The notes under the pieces are model-generated. The model was not told the origin of the DNA and did not search any database. It saw only the letters and a program-made list of their open reading frames with translations. This document shows, piece after piece, positions 51,701 through 64,000 of a stretch of 64,000 bases of DNA. How positions within the stretch are numbered: position 1 is the stretch's first letter; every line of letters begins with the position of its first letter. The DNA comes from Cenococcum geophilum (Eukaryota). The stretch covers positions 13,702,001-13,766,000 of the forward strand of contig CP158635.1 of NCBI GenBank assembly GCA_050273025.1, in the 5' to 3' direction. Made by a program: the position numbers and the translations under genes.

Positions 51701-54700
51701 TTGCCTTTACCTATTATCAAAACTCCATAGATAAGAAGTTCTTTCCTGCGTTGTAAACGATTTAATTAGGGGGTCCTAGGTAGACATCAATCTAGCATAA
51801 TTAAAAAGTATCCTATGCGTTCCTAGCTAACATATCTTTTAAAAAGCGTGCGGCTTAAAAGGAGGTTAAGAAGTTAACAACTTAGAGTACTAGCTTGCCG
51901 CTAAGATATATAACATCCATAATAATGCAGAAGTTAAAGTTGTAGTTGTCTTTAAGAGTAAACTTAAATCGGCTAGGGGACTTCTGGTTTATTTGGCAGT
52001 GGTAGCAGTACTTTATAAGATATTTAATTACCTTAACCTCGACTTTATGACCTGCTTACTAAAGGACCCTAAGCAATTGGTAAACAGATAGGTAGCTAAA
52101 ATGATGGTGTAGTTAACGTAACTCTAACTTAGTTAGGTGGCTCTAAGCAACGCTTCTTTCTAGCTATTAAAGGAGCAACTAAGGGTGACCCTACTTGCGT
52201 ACAACGGGCACCTAATTATCTCCCTAGACAAGTATATTTTTAAGGTTATTAAGCTTAACGCCTAATTTATCTATATCTCAGATGCAGAATAGAAACGGGG
52301 TATTCGCGGGAATAATATGGAAAGTGATATATCCTAACGGGGTTTAGACCTTAATTGTGCTAAGAGAGATCACAGTACCCTTGCTAAAGCAAATTGTATA
52401 TTAGCCTGCCGTTAATTAATTAATCTAAATAGAACTATTAAGCTGCTAAAGAGCTCGGACTTAAGGTTCTCCTACTATAGATACTTCTGCGGCTCTAGTA
52501 TCTGGTATAATACTATAAAAGACGTTTGCCAAGTATCTGTCGTTAAAGGAAAACGCGGAACTTTCCTTTAGCTTATTAAAGATATCTGACCTTATAACAG
52601 AATGGAGCGTAGATTGGTTATTAAGGATAGCAACGGTTTATGTGCTATTTACCTTACTATACTCGGTAAAGTATTGGTTAGGAGAGTAATCCTCAATTTC
52701 TATATCCATAAGGAGCTGTTTAGCCTCGTTAATCTCACCCTTAAGATCTTCTTCGCCTTTATATTAAACCAGGAAGCTTTAGAAGTAGGCTATAGTAACT
52801 TCTCAGTTTCCGACGTTTCGTGCGCTCTAGCGAAACTTATTATATACCTCCTTTTATCTATTAAGGGGGTGTCTAGTTAACCAGCAATTTAGCTTCTTAT
52901 AAACGTAGCATTTCTTCTGCTAATTGTTGCGAAATGAACCTCCACAAGGACCTCCACAATTGCTTTATAGTTAACGTTAATTGTACCCTCTACTATATCC
53001 CCTACCACGACTACTATATGTTTAATCAGTCCAGTTATAATCGTATTAGTCAGCCGGGTTAATCAAAGTAGGTTAGAGTTAGGCGTTAAATTGCTATACT
53101 TCTTAAAAGCGTAGGGCAGTACTAATAGAGAATTTTAATTAAGCATATATTCCTTTGTAAGTACTTGCAGGGTTAAAGAGAGCAAGGTTATATTCTTTAA
53201 CACCTTGGCATACGCTAATAACTTAATCGCGTAGGCTAAAGTCCTCTTAATATAATTCGGATAAACTACGTTAAATTATCTAGAGTTAATTAAAGAGCTT
53301 TTAAAGATAATTAAGTTAAGAGGCACCTGGGTTTATAGCAATAATTCTTAAGAAGGTAATCTCTCTCCACTCCAATATATACTGCTGCTTATTCTCCTCT
53401 ATTTTAAAGTGGTATCTTATTTCATATATTATTCGGTTAAAATTATATCCTTTTCCTACTAAACGATTATAGTAGAAGGTACTAGCTCGGCCCTTAAGCA
53501 TAACTAAATAAGTAATGTGGTATTAATTAGGTTCTAGTCCAACCTTCTAGTAACAGTTATAGAAGATACGTAACTTTAAATTAAAGATATTATACAGTTC
53601 TCCGCTAAACTTCTTCTCCTATTCTAAATAGAGCTTTATAAGCTCTGTAAGCATTTTTAAAGTGCCTCCAATTGGTGTTTGGCTGCATTATATTACAGGC
53701 TGTAATAGTAACATAGATCTAGTCGGCGGAGTTTAAAGGTTGTTGGACCGCGAAGCAAGGGGATCTTGCGCTTATTAGGGGTTGTTAATTAAGGCTGCGG
53801 GTTAAGCTGGTTAATATAGGGGAGTTAAAGACAGAGGTAAAGGCGATAGATATAGAACGTTAGAACTCGTGCCTAGAGCGATAGAGTTAGAACGCGTCTC
53901 TAGTGGTATATTACTTAGGTTCTATCGTAATTTAAGCTTCTTCATAGTACGTAGTTAGTGCTTAATCTCTTATAGAGTCTATTTATGCTCTTCCTTTACA
54001 TTAATAACGTGTTCCTAAATATTGTCCCTAATACTACCCCCATCTATAGGGACAAATACTCTATACTCCCGAAGGAAGTTACGGAAGTCCTATACAATAT
54101 CTTTATTTATAGGAACCCATGTTTCCTTTATCCATCTAATAAAGTCCTCCTTTATATAATACCATAGCGCGGTATTATCGTATTCGCTATCTTTATAGTG
54201 TTCCATGCGGTGTACTAAAAATCCATTTAGGTCCTATTGCTTAGCGGTTATAAAGTTGGTTACGGCTCTGTCCCATATCTCCGGGTTAATATCTTTCTTA
54301 TACTTCTTTAGATAGGTCAACGCTATAGTAGGTAGAATTAACGAGGTGTCATACGTTAAAGGTAGGCAGGATTTTCGGTTTTATAGTATCTTATAGGTTT
54401 ACTGTCTAAAGGTAGGCAATTTAAGATATTATTCGACGCGTTTTGGACGTCAACTTAGGACCTTAGGTTCAGTGACACTTCTAACCTAAAGTACTCAACC
54501 AAATCTTCGTAAACGTGATTGTTCTATATAATAGACGCAACTTGGTATCTCCTAGTACTCAGTAACGCTTCTGTTACTAGTTTTCCGCAAGTCTAAGGTA
54601 GCACAGTATCGCCGGGATCCATTCCATATAAGCGCATATGGCACCCCTACATAAGACTATCTCTTCTGTCAATAACCTAGCTGCTCTATAATTGACTGTG

Positions 54701-54901
54701 TATTTAACCACTAATTAGTGTTGGTATTATAGGGTAACTCACTAATGCTACTCGAGTAAACACAGTAAATGTTAGTTATAAAGCTTATTAATAGGAATGA
54801 GGAAAGGGGTAAGGAACTTAAGGTTCCTCACCACGCTAGGGCCACGTCGACACGTGACGGCAATATGCTTCATGCGATGGCAACTTGCCTCATTCCCGAC
54901 A
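48800..54901 (-). mobile_element. Ty1/Copia retrotransposon C2, GalEa-like, full length
   Basis: 183-bp LTRs 48800-48982 and 54719-54901, TSD AGTAG. Integrase precedes RT (KSRLVIQGY, KPLYGI, QTDD) and RNaseH (NPADVMTK). Palindrome CTAATTAG directly inside the 5' LTR in place of a tRNA PBS. Confidence 0.9.
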
Positions 54902-56643
54902 AGTAGAGTCTTAGACCCTTAAAAAAATTTAAGAATAATACCTAAATTTATAAATTAAATGGTAAAATTAACAGTTTAAAGAGCTAATAGATAGTGGAGT
55001 AATTAGAAACTATATTTTACTAATAATAGTAAAACGAATGGGACTACCTTATAGATAAAAGAAGTACCTATATTTACCAGTTACGATTTTAGGAGATTTA
55101 ATAGCCTATAAAGGAAGTATTATTAATCTTAAAATAAGGCTAATTTAAATAACTATTAAAGGGAGACAAATTAAGATATCTTTTAATATCCTACTATTAG
55201 AACGGGATAAGGCAGTACTAGAAATGCCTTAGTTATAGAAATATAATTTAAAGATTAATTAGGTTATAGGTTAGGTCAATATTAAAGATACCTAATAATA
55301 TAAGATATAATAATAAACTAAGTTAGAGCGATATATAAGGAGATAAAGTAAGGCTTAAGTTATATACTAAAGAGATACTATAAGTATGGCAAGAAGCTAT
55401 AGAGTTTAGAAAGTAAAAAGCTATTAGAGTATATAGTATAGGACTATAAGATAGAGCTAGAACTAGGAATAAGTTTAAAGTTCTTTCTAATCTATAAGCT
55501 AACGGAAGAAGAGTTAAGAGCACTTAAAGAGTTTGTCTAAGCAAACCTATAAAAAGGATATATTAGACCATTATAGTTATTAGTAGGATATCCAGTACTA
55601 TTCGTACTAAAGAAAAATGGAAAGCTTAGGCTATATACTAACTATAGATAGTTAAATAGCACCACTAGGAAGGATAGGTATCCTTTATTAATTAGCGAAA
55701 TTTAAGATAGAATAGGTAACGTATAAATCTTTATAAAGATAGATCTAAGATAGGCGTACTATTAGATTAGAATTAAAAAAGGCAATAAATAAAAGGCAGC
55801 CTTTTAGTCAAAGGAAGGACTATATAAACTATTAGTTATAAAATTCGTACTTATAAACGTACTAGTAACATTTTAAAAGCGAATTAATAGTGTGTTAAAA
55901 GAACACCTTAATAAATTTATTATAGTATATCTTAACGACATTATTATCTACTTAATAAGTAAGGAAGAATACGGAGAATACGTTAAATAGGTCTTAAAGA
56001 GAATATAGAAAGAATAGATGCTAGTAATAATTAAGAAATACGAGTTCCTTACTAGGAAGACCGATTTTGTTAGATTTATTATTAAACTAGGTTATATTAG
56101 TATAGACCTAAAGAAGATTAAAGCTATATAGTAAGTTAGTAAGAACTAAAGAATAAAATATAGTTAAGGTCGTTTCTAGGGTTTTATAACTACTACCAAA
56201 GGTTTATAGCATAGTAGTTAAAGAATATTAAACTATTTATAAGGCTTATAAAGAAAGAGGAACTATAGGTATAAGTAGATAAATAAAAAAAGTTGTTTAA
56301 AGAACTTAATAAGTTGTTTACCTAGGAACTAATCCTTAAGATCTATTAACTAGGACTAGAAAGGGTTATAAAAATAAATATATTAGACTTTACACTAGAA
56401 GCATATTTACTATAGAAGTATAGAAATACATAGCACTTAGTGACATACTATAGTTAGAAGATAACACTACTAGAACTAAACTACGACATTTATAATAAGG
56501 AGTTATTAGGTATAGTTACAGTACTTATAGAATAGAGAGTATTCTTATAAGGTATAGAGAAACTATTTATAGTTAAGACAGATTATAAGAACCTAATAGG
56601 GTTCCTAATACTAAAAGAACTTAATTAGAGATAGGTTAGATAG

Positions 56644-57236
56644 TATTATACCCAAGCCTAACCCACTTAACCATACAAACCACCAAAAAGGTAGCAGTAG
56701 TGTCTCGCGACTGGATGGGCTGCCGGTTGGAATGTCTTATAAGCTCTCCAACCTATACGTGACGTATAGGTAGCGCAAGGCATAACAACTGCACCCCCTC
56801 CTAGGGCGCATGTCCTCAGGCGCCTGGACTGCGACAAATGGCTAGCCTTTCGCCAGGTGGTCTTGGCTACGCAGCGCGCGAGCTGCCCGCAGCACCCTAG
56901 CTGCAATCACGAGGCGTCCCCGCTAGCACCCTAGCTAGCGTATTAAGCTTTCTATAAGGTGACCTCCAGTAAGCACGTGCGATACCCCGCACTAACTGCA
57001 GAGAGTATAGTCGCTTACGCTGTCCCGTACTCGTAAAATGCTCAACCCCGCACCGGATCGAACACTGACCTCCAGGTAGTTACGAGACACATTGTTATGC
57101 CTAAGCCTAACCCACTTGACCATACAAACCACCAAAAAGGTAGCAGCAGTGTCTCGCGACTGGATGGGCTGCCGGTTGGAATGTCTTATAAGCTCTCCAA
57201 CCTATACGTGACGTATAGGTAGCGCAAGGCATAATA
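56644..57236 (-). mobile_element. TRIM (miniature non-autonomous LTR retrotransposon, 593 bp)
   Basis: 144-bp LTRs 56644-56787 and 57093-57236, TSD GATAG. PPT (reverse complement of ACTGCACCCCCTCC) next to the left LTR. 305-bp non-coding interior. Confidence 0.92.
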
Positions 57237-60200
57237 GATAGGTAGAGATACTTATAGAATACTATTTTAAGATTTAGTATATTAAGGGCATTAAGAATAT
57301 AAAAGTAGACGCGCTAAGTAGAAAAGCTAAACTATAAAATAATAAGAAACTATTAGGGGCAATATTACGCAAAGACGAGGACGGATTAATTAGATATAAT
57401 TACCCTAAAATTATAGCGACTTAGAAATACAAGTTACTAGAAAGCAATTAGACTAAAAGAATTTAGGAAGTATAGAGCCAAGACGCGGACTTAAAGTAGT
57501 ACGAAAATTAAGATGTAACGTGTATGCCTAAGTAAACTGTAAAAGAATTTATTAAGGAATTTTATAAGGGAATAATATAGGGATATAATAGGGCCACGGG
57601 CTTAGTATTAAGACTCTAAAAAGAGTATATTATTAACGGAATCTAGGGCTTAGTAAGGGAAGTTATAAAGGAATGTTTAGATTGTTATAAAAAAAATAAG
57701 CTAATAAGGTATAAGCCGTATAGAAAGCTATAGCCTATTAAAAGACTAAAAAGACTATAGGAAGTTATATTATAGGACTTTATAGTAAAGCTACTAAAGT
57801 TAAAAAATCCTATTACTGGATAAGAATACGACGCAATCCTTATAATAGTAGATAAGTTAACTAAGTAGGGCTATTTTATAGCATATATAGAAGAAATCTC
57901 AGCGGAAGATATAGCTAAAATCTATATTAAAGAAGTGTTTATAAGACACGGAGTATTAAGTAAAATTATATTAGATAGAGATCTAAGATTCGTAGTAGTA
58001 TTTTAGGAGGTATTCTTAGCGGAATAAGGGGTTTAAGTAGTAACTTTTAATATATATTATCTGTAGACGGACGGATAAACAGAAAGGTTAAACTAGATAC
58101 TAAAGCAGTATCTATAATATTATATTAATTATAAATAAAACAATTAGGTATTATTACTACTAATTACGCTATTTATATACAATATAACACTATAGAAAGG
58201 TATAGAGATGTTACCATTTTAGGTAAATTATGGATATAAGCTTAAAATATTGTTATTACTATAATAAGTAAAGAAAATAAGTAAAATAGTAAAGCAGAGA
58301 ATGGAAACTCTAATAAATCTTTATAAAGACCTCTATTTTATAACAAAATTAATATTAAAAAAATAAAAAGGTACTACAATACTAAGAGATCTAAGGGGCT
58401 AGATCTAAAGGAGGGGAATAATTATTATTTATTGCTTAACGTCCGATTTAGATCCCTATTAGGCCTACGCAGACTACTCCTTATATATATATATAAAGAA
58501 AACTCTATTTAAGAAAACCCCGTAATTTATCTCTCTGCCTTTTAGGACTCGCCTATAAGGCGCCTATAAGGCGCCTACAAATCACCTATAGTGCTCTACT
58601 ACCTTACTTTTTAACCTTTTTAGGAACCACTGCTGCCGTAATAAGCCTATGGACGTGCTAGTATTATAAACTTTACTTTACCACTATAGAGTTATTAGGG
58701 GGCGCCCGTTGCTCCCCCCCCCCTACCCTTTATTACTATTTCCTTTGTAACCTAGAACTAGTTTAGTATATTTTAGCTAATAAGCCACTAAGTAACTGCC
58801 TTAAGGCCTTTTTATATTAAGAGTAGTGTATTATAGTTCTCTATACTAGCTACTAAGAGTATTACTACTTAGTTAGTGTGTAAGGGGTATAATAGTATTA
58901 TATATTTTAGTGTCTATCTTAGCCAGCTATATTTATATCTTAGGCTACCTACTAAGATACCTACCTAGTAAAGCTAGTCTTTTAGTCCTATTATTCCTAT
59001 TCTTAAGAGTACTACTATTATATTTTCTGCCTTTATTAGGCCTTCTTAGAGCCCTAGAGTATTTACCCCCTATAGCATTAACTATACTACGGCTTAGGTT
59101 CCTCTTACCTTAGTTAGCCTCTATATCTTTAACTCCTATATACCTCTCTAGCGTTAGTTTAGCCAGTATTATATTACGGTAAATAGTTTTCTAGCGTTTT
59201 TTTATACTCTACTTTAGCTCCTTTTTTTTCTTACTATTATCTTTACTAGCCTCTTACGCGTTTTCCTTTCTTCTTTATATAGGCCTGGGCCCTAAAGTAG
59301 TACTATTTTTCTTTTACTTTTTTTACCTGTTTCTCTAATATGTCTTCCCTACTTTAGGGTTATTAGTTTGTTCTCCTATAGGGCGCCCTAAGGTCCCTCT
59401 ATAGTTTATTTAGGCGTATCTTAATATACTTTATAATATTAGAGTTGCGTTTATTTTACGCCCTTTATATTATAGCGGCTTTAATATATAGTTATAGAGG
59501 GGAAATATTAGCTTCCTTTTTAAGTAGTGCTATAGCCGTTTGCTTATATCCGCCTATTATACTTTAAAGGTAGGCTATTTAAACCTTTTAGAGTGGTTTA
59601 AGGAGCAATTTAGGGGGGCCTTTTTAGATTCTCTAATGGCCTAAATACTGGACCTATATATTATAGTTAGCCGGATAACTGCTATATATAGTAGGCGTGA
59701 CCTCTAAAAGCATAGACCCTATATAGAATTAACGATCCTAGATAATATAATATACTATACTTAGCCCTTATAGGCTACTTACGCCGTATATACGCTCCAC
59801 TAGAGCTTGCTATCTACCTATACTCCTAATACCTTTAGGCCCTAAACTAGTTAACCCCTAAAGCCTTAAATATAAATTATGTGCTAAAGATCTATAAATT
59901 AGTTGCATTTTCTTATAAAGTAGATTAGCTAGTATTTCTTTAGTAAGAATTAGACTTTATATCGTCTTGCCTATTTTATATAGGTATTATAAGCTTTCTC
60001 TAATGTTCTATAATTCTCTACGGCTATTAGCCCGTATGTAATTAGGTTTATATTATTAATAAAGCCTATTTCTTAGGTCGCCCCTTTTTTAAAGGAGTTA
60101 AGTAGGTTGCTTATAAAGAAAAGAAAGAGTATAGGCAAGAGGGGTAATCTTTATAGTATTCCTGTTACAACTGTAATAGGGGGGCTTTAGTATCCGCTAA

Positions 60201-60297
60201 AGACTAATAATATTTCTTTTTAACCTATAAACCCTTAAATAAACTATATAATCTATTCTAGGAAGCCTTTTACCCTAAGGATATATAGGAGACGCTT

Positions 60298-62441
60298 GAC
60301 CTTCACCGCACATGCAACCTTACCAAAAGGTAGCGCCACACTTCAAAACTTACGCATACCCATCTTACCATCAAAAACAATTGATTTTCCAACTTTTAAG
60401 ACTTAATTCCTACTGCCTAGCGAGCTAGAGGTGGATTTATTTGTTGTTTTACCCCCTTTCCCCTAACAGAAAATTCTTCTTAGGGGTGGTCCTAGCTTAT
60501 AAGCGAGGCACAGACAGGAACACCAAAACCAAATACCAAAACCACGAAATATAGAGGCTAGATTTTCTACTAGCTTTTAGCCTAATCTCCCCAGAAATCT
60601 TCTAGTAGGATTAGTAAGGAGAAAGGGTATAAGGATAGTAAAACTAGGAACCCCTATATAAGATATAAAATGCTAAGGCCTAATAGGTCTAAAAAAAAAC
60701 CTCCTATAGAAATAAGTGATGAAGGCTCTACATCTACTTGTTCCCCCCCTTCTCCTTCTCCTAGCCTAATTAGGGCAGGAGAAAAAAGAAGATATCCTTA
60801 GTCTTCTCCTGAAAAAGAAAACCAAAAACCCGTAAAAAAGATAACAAAACTAATAACTACTACGGATAATACGGATGATATACCCTCCTATTCCTTTTCT
60901 CCAGGACAACATCTAAGCTTCGCTTTAGAAAGCCTAACTCAGGCCTATAAAGGGCTAGAAGAAGAAGAAGAAGAAGAAGAAGGAGAAGGAATAAAAGAAT
61001 AAGTTGAACAGCTAGTGTACTATACACGAAGTATCCTATTAGGAAAAAATCCCTTTACACAAGAAGAAGAAGAAGAAGAAGAAAAAAAAAGAGAAAAAGA
61101 GAAGACAAACGATGTCCTAAAAGGACTAGTAGAAGAAGTAAGAGCTCTCCGTAAGGAGGTGGCTCCTATTAAAGAAACCTACGCAGAGAGGCTAAAGAAG
61201 GGCCTTCCTTCTTCTCCATCCTCACTACCTCCCTCATTAATACCATCTCCTACCCCTTCTACTTCTACTAGAAGTAAGAAAAAGCAGCTATAAGAAAGGA
61301 AGCTAGTCTTAATTATAGACGAAAAGAACTAACCTCTAAATACCTTCTCTATACGAAACAAAGTTAATTAACTATTTGCATCAAAATTGCAAGTAAAAAA
61401 GCCAGTTTTAGTATCTATAGCTAGAACAAAAGGAAAACAAAATATTCTCCTTATAACTACAGAAGAGTATAATGCAGATTTCTTGGTCAAATATAGGGAG
61501 ATCTGGCATAACTGCTTTACCTTTTAAAGAGAACAAAAACTAGAACTATGGGTTCAAATTATAGCCCACGGGGTTCCTACCCTACCTTTCCTAGGAGAAG
61601 GGGGCTCTAAGCTCCTAAAGGAAGAAATCGAGACCTTTAATCCTATAAGGATATAAGGACTACCTAGATAGATCTTATCTAGTGTAAAAAGACACGATCC
61701 ACAGACCAGATTTAGCTCTATAGTTTTTACTATAGAGAATAAAGAAAAAAGATAAGAAATCCTTAAGCAAAAAGAGATATTAATTGCAGGTACAGCTATT
61801 AAGGTAGTAAAATACCTCGAAGTCTCTCCTACTACGCAGTGTACGAGCTGCCAAAAATTTGGCCATATAGGAGACAGGTGCTCTACTAGGGCCTGCAGAT
61901 ACTATGCGGCTGCATATTTATCTAAAGACCATTCCTGTTCTACCTGTATAATAACAGGCAAGCCTTGCCAGCATACCACCCCTCTTTACATTAATTGTAA
62001 AGAAAAACACTTTACTAATAGTAAAGACTGCAAGACTCTTAAAGCAGCTAAGCTAGTACGCGAAGAAGATTCTATGGAAGAATAAAACAGATAGGATTCT
62101 AGAAGGAGGCAACTCCTACTAGGCTCTTAAAAAGATATTAGAGAGTAAAAAGACAGAAATAAATTGCAAAAGGATAGGGATAGGGGTTAGGATTTCTTAT
62201 AGTTTTTCTTACCATCTTCTCATTCCCTAGTAGTTGTAGTATCTTAGTATTTTACTAGGAAACTATAAACTCCTAATTTAGGGGTTTATAAACTACTAGG
62301 ATATAGCTACTAGTATATATTAAGCTGCCTAGAAAGGATTTATGTATATAGAACTATAGCGCCATAGCCCAAGGCTGCATGCGTAGTATTGTACGTAGTA
62401 TAATACAATGGATATATAAAAAAATAAAAATAAAAATAAAA
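60298..62441 (+). mobile_element. ORF1-only non-LTR element (HAL1-like), copy 2
   Basis: 13-bp TSD ATAGGAGACGCTT at 60285-60297 and 62442-62454. (TAAAAA)n tail. Single ORF 60670-62085. Confidence 0.88.
60670..62085 (+). pseudogene. LINE ORF1/gag-like nucleic-acid-binding protein, RIP-disrupted
   Basis: MPRPxRPKKK...poly-E coiled coil...TQCTSCQKFGHIGDRC STRACRYCAAAHLSKDHSC...CINCKEKHFANSKDC. Includes the ORF-track fragment 61015-61293. Confidence 0.85.
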
Positions 62442-63171
62442 ATAGGAGACGCTTATAAGGTACGTTATTATAGGCGCCGCTAATATTTAGGCTGAGTATT
62501 AATACTATAAAGTCCCTTCGTATTACCTATGCGGATTTAATAGTAATAGCGAGTAGCGTAAGTACTAATAGTGTTAAGCGGTTCTTTCTTGCCCCTATTT
62601 AGCTATATAGTAGTAGGTTATATTTCTTAGCTATATCTACTATATGGTCCGCTATTACCTTTTCTAAGATCTTACTAAGGGTATTTTTTAAGATAATAGG
62701 GCGGTAGCTTCCTGGGATTAAGTAATCTACTTTACCTTCTTTCTATAGAATAACCGTTATTATAGATCTTCTAAGTCGCAGGTAGTAGCCTACGGTAAAG
62801 TATACCCTAGCTATATCTATAAGCTAGGGTGCTATAAGTGGTTTATAGGGTTTTAAGGCCTTATTTAGAATCCTATTTAGTCCTAGTGCTATATTATTAA
62901 AAAGGCGGCTAATAGTTCTGGCCATTTCCTTTATTATTATATCGCTGTTAACTCTTAGGCGAGTTACTAGTGTTTTACCTATAATATTACTAAGGTCTAC
63001 TAGAGCTAGTTAGGGGGAAAACCTTTTTATAAGGATCTTTGCCTTCTTATCGTTGTTATTAGTAGCCTATAATTCCCCTACTCTTTATAGGGGTAGTAGG
63101 TATAAGTCTTCTACTAGGCGCCCTACCTTTTTCTTTACCTATTTTATTATAGCCTAAAGGCCCTTATTATA

Positions 63172-64000
63172 ATAATAATTCATTACTTAACGTCCGATTC
63201 AGATCCCTATTAGGCCTACACGGACTACTCCTTATATATATATGGGGAGAAAACTCTATTTAAGAAAACCCCGTAATCTATCTTCTTGCCTTTTAGGACT
63301 CGCCTATAAAGCGCCTGCAAGTCACCTATGGTGCTCCTACTACCTTACTTTTTAACCTCCTTAGGAACCACTGCTGCCGTAATAAGCCTACGGACGCGCT
63401 AGTATTGTAAACTTTACTCTACTACTATAGAGTTATTAGGGGGCGCCCGTTACTTACCCCCCTACCCTTTATTACTATTTCCTTTACAACCTAGAACTGG
63501 TTTAGTATATTTTAGTTAATAAGCTACTAGGTAACCGCCTTAAGGCCTTTTTATATTAAGAGTAGTGTTTTATAGTTCTCTATGCTAGCTACTAGAAGTA
63601 TTACTTCTTAGTTAGTGCGTAAGGGGCATAATAGTATTATATGTTTAGGTGTCTGTCTTAACCAGCCATATTTATATCTTAGGCTACCTACTAAGACACC
63701 TACCTAGTGGAGCCAGTCTTTTAGTCCTATTATTCCTGTTCTTAAGAGTATTGCTATTATATTTTCTGCCTTTATTAGGCCTTCTTAGAGCCCTAGAGTG
63801 TTTACCCCCTATAGCGTTAACTATGCTACGGCTTAGGTTCCTCTTGCCTTAGTTAGCCTCTATACACCTCTCTAGCGTTAGTTTAGCCAGTATTACATTA
63901 TAGTAAATAGTTTCCCGGCGTTCTTTTATGCTCTACTTTAGCTCCTTTCTCTTTCTTACTATTATCTTTACTGGCCTCTTACGCGTCTCCCTTCCTCCTC
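63172..64000 (-). mobile_element. Tad1-like LINE copy D, 3' end (continues beyond the window)
   Basis: Near-identical to 58421-59270. Confidence 0.9.

Larger units (their letters stand above)
8222..58420 (+). mobile_element. Ty3/Gypsy element G3, outermost host of the nest; 3' end not seen in the window
   Basis: 5' LTR 8222-8641. gag in pieces 8682-8699, 26519-27358 and 47170-48799. Protease-RT-RNaseH 54902-56643, integrase 57237-58420. Colinear with the related element G2. Confidence 0.85.
58421..63171 (-). mobile_element. Tad1-like LINE copy C (3' half), interrupted by the ORF1-only element and by LINE D
   Basis: Reverse complement of copy A ~19545-24250. 3' tail at 58421. Confidence 0.9.

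Noticed and set aside
56667..56906. 79-aa ORF in the TRIM
   Set aside because: Runs through the PPT and LTR and has no domain similarity; likely chance.
60298..60365. Possible ribozyme at the 5' end of the ORF1-only element
   Set aside because: Partial pairings exist (ACCTT/AAGGT, ATGC/GCAT), but I could not build a convincing P3, P4 and J4/2. It needs a de-RIPped consensus.

Overview
This window is a gene-free, AT-rich block of nested transposable elements from a filamentous ascomycete (inferred). Strong TpA excess and C>T/G>A differences between copies indicate repeat-induced point mutation (RIP). All protein calls below come from manual translation with RIP transitions mentally reversed. 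No intact host gene, tRNA, rRNA or CRISPR array is visible. Terminal repeats and target-site duplications (TSDs) resolve about 25 insertions: several Ty3/Gypsy elements, two full-length Ty1/Copia elements (one GalEa-like), four copies of a Tad1-like LINE plus a fragment of a second LINE family, two pogo/Fot1 transposons, MITEs, a TRIM and a solo LTR. One Gypsy starting at 8222 is stretched over more than 50 kb by two six-level nests. Three things stand out. (1) A ~1 kb non-coding retroposon in two copies begins exactly at G1 of a complete HDV-like self-cleaving ribozyme fold and ends in a Tad1-LINE-like tail. (2) A Gypsy element carries an antisense, intron-containing gene for a Zn2Cys6-like/coiled-coil protein next to its 3' LTR. 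(3) An ORF1-only LINE derivative is present twice, each time inserted antisense into ORF2 of the same LINE family.
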